42,629 bases of DNA from a virus (taxonomy: Duplodnaviria; Caudoviricetes), in the IMG/VR virus record IMGVR_UViG_3300033153_008261, positions 1-42,629 of that record; one strand, written 5' to 3'. Below are positions 35,485-42,629 of this stretch, piece after piece. Both the position numbers and the translations under genes were made by a program. Each line of letters opens with the position of its first letter. The stretch's first letter is position 1. The notes beneath the pieces are model-generated. The model saw only the letters and a program-made list of their open reading frames with translations, was not told the origin of the DNA and searched no databases.

Positions 35485-35792
35485 TGTCTGACAATGTGAA
35501 TCATCCCGCTCATTATCGGGTCGGCAAAATCGAGGTTCTGGAGTTCATCACGGACCAGTGCCTCAATTTCAACACGGGGCAGGTCGTCAAATACGTCTGC
35601 CGCGCCGGCCACAAGAACGTAAAAACTCACCTGGAGGACTTGGCTAAGGCCCTGTTCTACCTCAGATGGGAGATCGAGGTCATGAACGCCATGTCCGAAG
35701 GGCGGCAACCGTGCAAGCCCGACGAGATGGAGATGTGGTATGGACCGATCATCCTCAAACCCGATCCCAAAACGCCGGAGAGAGACCATTAA
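35484..35792 (+). CDS. DUF3310 family protein (T7 gp1.7 nucleotide kinase/SaV-like)
   Basis: DNVNHPAHY..G.IE..EFI...LNFNTG.VVKYV.RAG.K...EDL.KA.FYL. Confidence 0.88.
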   Translation: MSDNVNHPAHYRVGKIEVLEFITDQCLNFNTGQVVKYVCRAGHKNVKTHLEDLAKALFYLRWEIEVMNAMSEGRQPCKPDEMEMWYGPIILKPDPKTPERDH

Positions 35793-35793
35793 G

Positions 35794-35994
35794 ATGAAAC
35801 TGAAGCCATGCCCATTTTGCGGCCGGAAACAAAGCGGTAAAATAGAAATCGTGCCGCGCTGTGGATGTATGAACGACACAGACAAGAATTTCGATGTCCA
35901 GTGTGATCACTGCGGAGTTCAAACCAAGTGGTACTCCAGGCAGCACGACGCCGACCGCGCCTGGAATCGGCGGGCGAAAAGGCGGAAGAAATGA
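35794..35994 (+). CDS. Lar-family restriction alleviation protein
   Basis: LKPCPFCG...VQCDHCG...A.RAWNRRA. Confidence 0.82.
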   Translation: MKLKPCPFCGRKQSGKIEIVPRCGCMNDTDKNFDVQCDHCGVQTKWYSRQHDADRAWNRRAKRRKK

Positions 35995-36386
35995 AATTCT
36001 CGAAGGCACTGAAAGCCGAGATCGAGGCCGACGTCGCGAAATGGCGGGAGAAACTCCTGCTCCAGGTCTGGACGTTCCGGATCGATTACAGCGACAAGCC
36101 GTCCTCTGATGACGACAGTGCCGGACAGGTCTCCGCTGACATCGCCTGTGACACCAAGAGAAGGCGTGGAACCATTACGATTTACCCGTATTACGCCACG
36201 TTTTCCAGGGAGCGAAGACAGAATTGCATCGTCCACGAGCTTTGTCATTGTATAGCCGACGAGATGAATTACCTATTGTGGCGCATGCAAAGCGACCACC
36301 ACGTCAGTCTCGATGAGCGGATCTGCGCATGGGAGCACCTGACCGAGCACATCAAAGAGGTTGCTATGCGTCTGGAGAAGAAATGA
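35991..36386 (+). CDS. Small zincin-like metallopeptidase
   Basis: CIVHELCH (HExxH) plus downstream WEH; coupled start at 35991. Confidence 0.72.
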   Translation: MKFSKALKAEIEADVAKWREKLLLQVWTFRIDYSDKPSSDDDSAGQVSADIACDTKRRRGTITIYPYYATFSRERRQNCIVHELCHCIADEMNYLLWRMQSDHHVSLDERICAWEHLTEHIKEVAMRLEKK

Positions 36387-36643
36387 CCAAGTGCATCCAG
36401 TGTGGAGAATGCTGCAAGCGCCTGTACTGGAGTGACCGGATCAAGATCTGGTTGCACAGCTGGCGCACAGAGGGAATCGTCTCCTGGGTCGGCCGTGAAT
36501 GCCCATGGCTTATCAAATGGGTCACTATTGACGACGTCAAGGTACTCCCCGTAGGAAACAACAAGGGCACCTACCAGTGTGGGATTTTTGAGAATCGGCC
36601 CCCCGTATGTCGGGACTGGCCGTGTGGGGTGGATCATCAATGA
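36383..36643 (+). CDS. YkgJ-family CxxCxxCC cysteine-cluster protein
   Basis: CIQCGECC, CPWL, CGIFENRPPVCRDWP. Confidence 0.82.
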   Translation: MTKCIQCGECCKRLYWSDRIKIWLHSWRTEGIVSWVGRECPWLIKWVTIDDVKVLPVGNNKGTYQCGIFENRPPVCRDWPCGVDHQ

Positions 36644-36774
36644 CGCTGCGTGATGTGTTTGTAATGGTCCTGATTATCGTGGTCGGATTCGTCACGTCGG
36701 CTCTCATCGTAAACGGCGAGGTCTGCCTACGCCGAGGGCCACACCAAGGCTGTCTCGTCGTGGAGGCGTGGTGA
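36640..36774 (+). CDS. Small single-TM protein (44 aa)
   Basis: MTLRDVFVMVLIIVVGFVTSALIVNG..., read manually; ATGA overlap with the upstream stop. Confidence 0.5.
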   Translation: MTLRDVFVMVLIIVVGFVTSALIVNGEVCLRRGPHQGCLVVEAW

Positions 36775-37099
36775 TCCTCATCCCCCCACACCTGGCTTGG
36801 TACAACGAGGTCCGCTGGCTGGGGATCTCCGATCACCGCTACCTCTTAATGACCATCATCGCCATTCGGCGCAAAGCCTACCCGTACTTCTACTGACCGC
36901 CCCAAAGGCGCTATTCCCGGCCAATCCCCAGATCTAACGCCATAGGGCGGTATCCTCCAGCGCGCCTGACCCTTCTGCTCAGACGTCGAATTTTTTTGGT
37001 TTATCTCAGCCCGGGTTTCCCCACACTTGGGGTCTAACATCATTAGCTTTATTTCCTGACCATCCCGACAATAATTGCCCATATCGGCGTCATGCGTCC

Positions 37100-37900
37100 G
37101 TTATCGGGCGTCTGGAGCGTCCCAGGCCCCGTGCCCGCGTTCAGTTTTGTTTTTTTGGTGGTCTGTTTTGGACAGTTGGTTGTTGTTGAATAGGGGAAGG
37201 GGGGTCATGGATATACGCGGTGGGGTAAGGTAAAAAACAATAGAGTCCCGGGTCACCTCGTCAAAACTTGACCGTTAGGCCTGGATACTCCAAGGTGACA
37301 ATTCAGGGCACCTGGAAGGCCACCACCGCTTCAAACAGGCGTCAATGCTGCGGGTTACGCTCCACTTTCCACTTTCCAGAACGGGTGGCCTACAGCTAGA
37401 CGCCTACTTGCCCACCGCTGCTACGCATGTGACGTAGATTGTCAGTAGTCAGGCATTAGCTACCCTCCCGGGCACTGCTGACCACTGACAACCCAGCTGA
37501 CCACTGATCCTCTGTTCTCCTTCTGGAGTTCATTCCCTGGCCTGGCCTACTTCACCACCAAATGACTCAACCTGCCAAGATTCGACACCGATAACCCAAT
37601 CATTCCCACAGCTTACCAACCATGTAAAACTTACACACTCATATAGCTACCCATAATTGTCACTCACCATGTAATAGTTACACGGTCCCGGGGTATCGCC
37701 ACTTCCCCGGGAGCATTGACAGTATTTGTCGCTACTGTGTCATTGATCGGTAATCTTTACATGCTCTAGCCTTGCCTGGCCTGGCCTATTTCCCCATAAA
37801 CCCAGCAACACAGCGTTATCATGCACCTTTATAATGTTTCATACTGTTTCATAAACGGTATACCTCTTGCAGCTACCCTTATTTTCTTCGGCAACAACCC
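37100..37900. other. Long non-coding region with strand-composition switch and short repeats (candidate packaging/terminus or early control region)
   Basis: G/T-rich plus strand at ~37140-37230 changes to C/A-rich after ~37450; repeats GCTGACCACTGA x2, CCTGGCCTGGCCTA x2, CCACTTT x2; two palindrome families cluster here. Confidence 0.5.
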
Positions 37901-37913
37901 AATAGGAGATGAA

Positions 37914-39041
37914 ATGAGTATCGAAACCATACCGATCCATAAACCCACCGAATTACCAGTAGCACCGCGCAATGACACCATGTTGACCAAAGAGGAAATG
38001 AAGGATTTTCTACAGGGCGCAGTAATGGATGCGAGTATCCAGGCGTCAGAACGGGCAAACCGGGTTAGCTATCTGGAATCACAGAAGATGTTAAAGGTTG
38101 CGCAAGCGGAAATTGAGAAATTTGCCGCCATGTACACCAAACCAGACAACCAAATGACCGTTATCAAGATGGGCGATATGCCACCGATTAAAGACGAAAG
38201 TGGCTACGTTTCACCCTATATGCCTGAAATGCTGTTACATGCTGGCACGGCTGATTCCAGGCGTGACAATAGGCGCAAAAAACGTCCGATGTTCCTCAAT
38301 GGCCCGAAAGGTTGCGGCAAGACAACCATGGCCCGGAAACTCGCTGAATATCTGGGTTTGCCGTTTTATCACATGGCGTTATCTTACGACATGACCAAAA
38401 CTTCACTTTTCACATGGTATCCGCCTAGCGGTGGCGATCCGGTTGATTCTCCGCTAATGAAAGGCGCCAAGGTCGGTGGGGTTTGCCTTATCGATGAAGT
38501 GGACAATGGAAACGAAAATTCATTGGTGGGAATAAACGGTATTGATAACGGGGAGATATACAACCCGACTACGGGTGAAAACGTCAAATTGCACCCGGAT
38601 TTCATCCCGATATGCTGCGCCAATACCGTCGGCACGGGTGCAGACATGGTTTATACAGGGCGCAACCGTCTAGATGGAGCGTTTCTTGACCGTTTTTGGC
38701 ATATCCGCATCGACTATGACAAGAAACTGGAAAAGAAACTTTGCCCGGATGACAAAATTCGGCACCACCTTAATGGCGTACGCAGCAAGCTACTGAAAAT
38801 TAAGGCTAAAGAGGGTATTTCATCCCGTAAAATGGAGGTAATCTATCAGGCCTGTATTATCGACGGCCTGAAATACCAGGATTGTCTGGATTCTATGACA
38901 ATGACATGGGGAAAATCGGTGGTGCAGCAATCCGGCGTAATGGAAAACCTGCCAATTTGGGAAACTCCTGAAGATATCGCGGCAAAAATTGAAGCGGCAA
39001 AGATGGAAAACGCGCGTCTCAAAAAAGCGGCGGGTGAATAA
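37914..39041 (+). CDS. MoxR/CbbQ/CobS-like AAA+ ATPase
   Basis: Walker A GPKGCGKT, Walker B LIDEVD, HPDF..I.CANT.G.G....Y.GRN.LDGAFLDRF; AGGAG RBS before ATG 37914. Confidence 0.9.
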   Translation: MSIETIPIHKPTELPVAPRNDTMLTKEEMKDFLQGAVMDASIQASERANRVSYLESQKMLKVAQAEIEKFAAMYTKPDNQMTVIKMGDMPPIKDESGYVSPYMPEMLLHAGTADSRRDNRRKKRPMFLNGPKGCGKTTMARKLAEYLGLPFYHMALSYDMTKTSLFTWYPPSGGDPVDSPLMKGAKVGGVCLIDEVDNGNENSLVGINGIDNGEIYNPTTGENVKLHPDFIPICCANTVGTGADMVYTGRNRLDGAFLDRFWHIRIDYDKKLEKKLCPDDKIRHHLNGVRSKLLKIKAKEGISSRKMEVIYQACIIDGLKYQDCLDSMTMTWGKSVVQQSGVMENLPIWETPEDIAAKIEAAKMENARLKKAAGE

Positions 39042-39964
39042 TGAAGGAAACCAAAACACGTCAACCGGTCGTTAACCGGGCAATGATGCAAGAGCTAGAA
39101 AAACATAATATTACCTTTAATATTCAAGGGGTTGACAAAAAAGGGCGCCATAACATTGTATGCTACGCCGATTTAACCGGCATTTACTCAATGCTAGAGA
39201 ATCTGGATAACCTGCCCTGGAAAAAGCAAGACAATAGGGAAAAAGCGAAGGACCTTACCGATGGTGGCCGATTCTACGGCGGCAACATTAGTGACCTACT
39301 TTCCGACGCAAGCGGAAACACCAACATGCGGCCATTCGAGAAATCAGCCGAGAAAATCGAATCATCCGATTTGATGGATAAGATAACAATGGCTATCGGG
39401 CAGGGCACGGGACGAACGATTGCCTTTACTGAAGACGACGGGGAATACGACATAATGCGTCGCGGTCATGACCGACCGTATATGACAATTCGCCGTGCAA
39501 GGAAATCAGTACCCGTAATGGCTATTGATTGCGATTTTAGCATTTCATGCCGTGCCGATGCTAAAGAGATAAACCGTTACGGTTCAATGGTTTATGCTCT
39601 TGCGTCATTTGTTGAACAACACGGGATAGAGACTAAAATTCTATTCCATAATTTCTGTCACAACATGGATACGAACGACCGATTAAACCTGCGTACCTTT
39701 GTAACCATCAAAGAGCCAGGCCGATATTTGGCACCCTCTGCATTAGCGGCCACATTTCAGGCAAGATTTTACCGGATTGCCATGTTTATCTTGTTTGTTG
39801 CCGCCATGGATACCTACAGCAAAACAGCCGCCGTAAACCTCGGTCAACCAGAACAAAGGGGAAAACCGGTCGAATTTACAGACGGTACTCTAAAATTCAA
39901 CCCGAGCGTTTCAGAGGCATATTCGGATGAAATTGAGAAGGAAGTAATAGCGGCCGTATCGTGA
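39041..39964 (+). CDS. vWA-like partner of the AAA+ ATPase (degenerate MIDAS)
   Basis: Coupled to the AAA+ gene; IDCDFSISC resembles DxSxS; G..V.AL..FVE..G, V.IK, FYR..F, LGQP pattern. Confidence 0.68.
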   Translation: MKETKTRQPVVNRAMMQELEKHNITFNIQGVDKKGRHNIVCYADLTGIYSMLENLDNLPWKKQDNREKAKDLTDGGRFYGGNISDLLSDASGNTNMRPFEKSAEKIESSDLMDKITMAIGQGTGRTIAFTEDDGEYDIMRRGHDRPYMTIRRARKSVPVMAIDCDFSISCRADAKEINRYGSMVYALASFVEQHGIETKILFHNFCHNMDTNDRLNLRTFVTIKEPGRYLAPSALAATFQARFYRIAMFILFVAAMDTYSKTAAVNLGQPEQRGKPVEFTDGTLKFNPSVSEAYSDEIEKEVIAAVS

Positions 39965-40010
39965 CAAAAATTGTCACCGGCCAGGGAAGGCCTATTTTTA
40001 CAGGTGAAAT

Positions 40011-40256
40011 ATGACCCAAAGATCAGGAATAGCTAAACACCACCCGGTCAAGAGCGACACCGAATTAATCGACCGCGTTGACTGGTACCTGAGAAATTTA
40101 TGGGAAACCCCGGAAGCGCCCGGGCTATGGCGCATGATTCAAGAAATACCAGAAACAGAGCACCGCCGGATACACGGCGAGAAGGAGACTAAAAAAGAAT
40201 GGGGCAAAAACTTTGGCGATGCGAATATGAGGATTATGACGGAGACGACAGTTTAG
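40011..40256 (+). CDS. Hypothetical protein
   Basis: AGGTG RBS; in the early operon. Confidence 0.55.
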   Translation: MTQRSGIAKHHPVKSDTELIDRVDWYLRNLWETPEAPGLWRMIQEIPETEHRRIHGEKETKKEWGKNFGDANMRIMTETTV

Positions 40257-40516
40257 GCGCTGAAATATACGACGATAACGGTAAAGATATCCTTAACTCT
40301 CAGACGCATCAGCTGCGCGCTGGCCATGCCAAGCGTATTGTTGCATGTGTCAATGGATGCCGTGGCGTAGCCGATCCGAGCGTAATACCTGAAATGATTA
40401 GGGCTTTGATGGACTTATCGGTGCGTATGCCGATGTCATTTCTTGCCGATAATCCAGAGATCAACAAAACACTGCGCCGCATGTTGTCGCGGCCGGTGCA
40501 AACAAAAGAAAGGTGA
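40199..40516 (+). CDS. Hypothetical phage protein
   Basis: AAGGAG RBS; AKRIVACVNGC motif common in phage early proteins. Confidence 0.7.
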   Translation: MGQKLWRCEYEDYDGDDSLGAEIYDDNGKDILNSQTHQLRAGHAKRIVACVNGCRGVADPSVIPEMIRALMDLSVRMPMSFLADNPEINKTLRRMLSRPVQTKER

Positions 40517-40522
40517 CAAAAA

Positions 40523-40765
40523 ATGTCAGGAGGAAGACCAAAAGAGACCATGAATTACAAGCGGTCAAGATGGGCAGAGGCGGCGGTCGGGGAATTCACC
40601 CGGCACACCTTCCTCAACCCAGCAACGGAGGATATGCAGACCATTATCGGTGATCTGCTTTGTGATCTGCACCACTATACTGACCAAATTGGCGTAGATT
40701 TCAACGTTGCGCTTGACGCGGCTGATAGCCATTACCGGTATGAGGTCGAACACCCGGACGAATAA
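40523..40765 (+). CDS. Hypothetical phage protein
   Basis: I.DLLCDLHHY....G.DF...L..A..HY..E pattern. Confidence 0.75.
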   Translation: MSGGRPKETMNYKRSRWAEAAVGEFTRHTFLNPATEDMQTIIGDLLCDLHHYTDQIGVDFNVALDAADSHYRYEVEHPDE

Positions 40766-40817
40766 GATTGCAATCCGTTCATTCTTGTTTTACGTATGAA
40801 ACAGACTTGGAGATATC

Positions 40818-40964
40818 ATGATGCTATCGGCAGTGGATCAACTTCATTTGTTCATTTACGTGGCTCCGCTGATTTTAGGTTGTATTTTATATGCGGTCGT
40901 GCCACTTGATAAACAAAACGCAACAACTTACCCAAAGAAAGGGAATAAAAATGACGGAAATTAA
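40818..40964 (+). CDS. Small single-TM protein (48 aa)
   Basis: MMLSAVDQLHLFIYVAPLILGCILYAVVPL..., read manually; GGAG RBS. Confidence 0.5.
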   Translation: MMLSAVDQLHLFIYVAPLILGCILYAVVPLDKQNATTYPKKGNKNDGN

Positions 40965-41445
40965 AGACACAGCTACGGACAAAATGGATGGCTCAGTCAA
41001 GGAAAAACTTTTTATGGACTTGGCTGAAAAACAGGGCGTTTTGCAGAAGTTTAACGACTTCAATAAGGCCTGTGAAATCTCTTCAAAGCTACATAAGTTC
41101 TGTGGGGACACCGGACTACAGCTGGTTTGCCTTATTGAAGGGGCCGAGGTTGAGACCAGTGACCAGACTGGCCAGGCAACGGGACGGCACATGCAGCGTC
41201 ATTGCGGGACCATGGTTGACGGCAAAGTGGCGACAGACCGGCTGTATGAGTCTCTTCTGACCTGGAAGCATGGCGGTCTAATCGAAGCCCTGATGGACCG
41301 CGCTTCGGTTATTAAGGCCAAAACGGGCGGCGATCCGTTGTCCGAATTGCTCCCGCTGCTGGCCCTGAGTTCCGTCCTGAACAAAAAGACAGATTCCGCA
41401 ACACCAAAAACGCCGGAGAACAAGGAGGCTTCGATGGACAAATAG
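40951..41445 (+). CDS. Hypothetical protein
   Basis: GAAAGGGA RBS before ATG 40951. Confidence 0.7.
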   Translation: MTEIKDTATDKMDGSVKEKLFMDLAEKQGVLQKFNDFNKACEISSKLHKFCGDTGLQLVCLIEGAEVETSDQTGQATGRHMQRHCGTMVDGKVATDRLYESLLTWKHGGLIEALMDRASVIKAKTGGDPLSELLPLLALSSVLNKKTDSATPKTPENKEASMDK

Positions 41446-41520
41446 CTCTACATTTTGTTTTTCCATACCTATCGGGGAGGGGCTACCCAGGCCTCTCCCC
41501 ACCCCAAATTGGAGATATCA

Positions 41521-41772
41521 ATGCAACTTTCTAACGAAGAATGGGACAAGATTTTTGAATTCGTCGCGGCCGATCCGTCCTTTGAGGCGGTGGTCAAATC
41601 CATGGTTACAGACGACATATCGGATTCAACGACCGCAGCAACAATGCGCGGAGTTGTGTCCCGGGCAGTGAACGAGGTCTATCGTGACCCCGATCCGTAC
41701 GACGAATTAGAAGAAGCCCGCGCGGCCGAGGCTGATATGTTCAATGACTTAGACAAGGCGGCACGATTATGA
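41521..41772 (+). CDS. Hypothetical acidic protein
   Basis: GGAG RBS before ATG 41521; Asp/Glu-rich. Confidence 0.7.
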   Translation: MQLSNEEWDKIFEFVAADPSFEAVVKSMVTDDISDSTTAATMRGVVSRAVNEVYRDPDPYDELEEARAAEADMFNDLDKAARL

Positions 41773-42254
41773 GGAAATTCATACTGGACGACGATGGCAA
41801 TCCCATCGAAACCGAGAATTCATTGGTATGGGCGCACTGGTTCGAAGAAGCAGACAATAAACGGCGTCTTGCGCGGACTGTCATTAGCAGAACTGTTGAT
41901 GTGTCCACCGTTTTCCTTGGATTTGACCATGGATTCGACGGTGGGGTTCCAATCCTTTGGGAGACGCTCGTGTTCGGTGGTGGCATGAACGAGCACATGG
42001 AACGCTACACAACAAAAGAGTCGGCACTGGCTGGCCATGAACGGATTTGCAAGAAGGTCCGTGAGTACGCCGAGACACATTGCGACCACGGGAACAAAAA
42101 TGGGCTTGGCTGTCAGGATTGCCAGATCGAGAAACTACTGGAAGCCCTGGATTACTACACCAATCCAACCATTTATGTTGGCAAACCCGAAACAGACCAC
42201 GGTCTAGTGGCAGAAAATGCCATAAAAGAACACCAAAAAACCGTGAAATCATGA
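41769..42254 (+). CDS. Hypothetical phage protein
   Basis: VSTVFLG.DH.F.GG.P.LWET.VFGG......RY.T...A..GH motif of a common phage family. Confidence 0.8.
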   Translation: MRKFILDDDGNPIETENSLVWAHWFEEADNKRRLARTVISRTVDVSTVFLGFDHGFDGGVPILWETLVFGGGMNEHMERYTTKESALAGHERICKKVREYAETHCDHGNKNGLGCQDCQIEKLLEALDYYTNPTIYVGKPETDHGLVAENAIKEHQKTVKS

Positions 42255-42300
42255 CCGATTTGATGGAATACGGCGAAACCCTACGCCGGAAGGAGACAAA

Positions 42301-42629
42301 ATGCAGAAATCGAAGCAAGCAACCCACCTATTCAAGACAGATAATTGGCAGGTGGAAAATCTGGAGGCGGCTCTCGCAGAAGGCAATCTTGAGGGAATTT
42401 TTCTCGGGATTGAAAACCAGATTTATCACCAGGGTCCGGGCATTTCTTCGACCACGATAAAAAAGGCCGACCGAACCATGGCCCACGTCAAGGCCATGAT
42501 GGACGCACCGTATAAAGCCATGACAACTTCACAGTTGGTCGGCGACCGTGTCCATTCCTTCGTATTGGAACCGGACCTGTTCGAGAAAACCACCGTCCAG
42601 GTAGCATCCAAGTCCACGAAGGCCGGGAA
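42301..42629 (+). CDS. RecE/exonuclease VIII-like nuclease, N-terminal part (continues at window start)
   Basis: AAGGAG RBS; MQKSK...IYHQGPGISSTTIK...VGDRVHSFVLEPDLF...TKAG, open to the window end. Confidence 0.85.
   Translation, partial: MQKSKQATHLFKTDNWQVENLEAALAEGNLEGIFLGIENQIYHQGPGISSTTIKKADRTMAHVKAMMDAPYKAMTTSQLVGDRVHSFVLEPDLFEKTTVQVASKSTKAG

Larger units (their letters stand above)
1..42629. mobile_element. Near-complete podovirus-like dsDNA phage genome (circularly permuted; Gram-negative host inferred)
   Basis: Complete ordered morphogenesis module (TerS-TerL-portal-scaffold-MCP-adaptor-tail-fibres-lysin-GNAT-3 ejection proteins), no tape measure/tube/sheath genes, and one gene split across the two window ends. 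Confidence 0.93.

Noticed and set aside
36846-37082. 78-aa minus-strand ORF
   Set aside because: Isolated, no clear RBS or motif; cannot be supported, though not excluded.
37450-37800. Short repeats as a possible CRISPR mini-array
   Set aside because: Repeats are 7-16 nt, of several unrelated kinds, without regular 30-40 nt spacers; no cas genes.
37914-39964. Cobalamin biosynthesis (cobS/cobT) auxiliary metabolic genes
   Set aside because: Only generic AAA+/vWA features are present; there is no cobN or other cobalamin gene.
1-42629. Stop-codon reassignment suggested by the unusual tRNAs
   Set aside because: Genes tile densely under the standard code; TAA, TAG and TGA all end well-supported genes; neither RNA has a suppressor anticodon.

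Overview
The window looks like an almost complete ~42.6 kb genome of a tailed dsDNA phage with podovirus (P22/N4-capsid-like) organisation, cut open inside its RecE-like exonuclease gene: 42301..42629 encodes the N-terminus and 3..554 the C-terminus, with 2+3n nt missing at the junction. The minus strand (~34.5 kb down to 6.6 kb) carries a metallophosphoesterase, an HTH regulator, small and large terminase, portal, scaffold, N4-gp56-type major capsid, adaptor, tail stabilisation protein, two fibre-like proteins, a PagL-like beta-barrel, a lipoprotein, an SLT lysin, a GNAT and three ejection proteins. The plus strand carries early/middle genes: an AAA+/vWA-like pair, RecE/Bet recombination, Tad1-like and probable Acb4-like signal sponges, a Lar-like protein, DUF3310, a RuvC-like resolvase and an HNH protein. 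It also carries a tRNA, a tRNA-like RNA and several structured intergenic RNAs. I see no integrase, DNA polymerase, primase or helicase. The most unusual observations are: (1) both fibre proteins begin with Sec-type signal peptides and sit in a cassette with a PagL-like lipid A deacylase and a lipoprotein; (2) a GUG-anticodon tRNA with a Pro-like acceptor end and no G-1; (3) an anticodon-less tRNA mimic; (4) a ~470 nt GNRA-rich candidate ncRNA; (5) a dispersed TGACA-N5-TGTCA palindrome. All family assignments come from recognising motifs by eye; no database searches were run.
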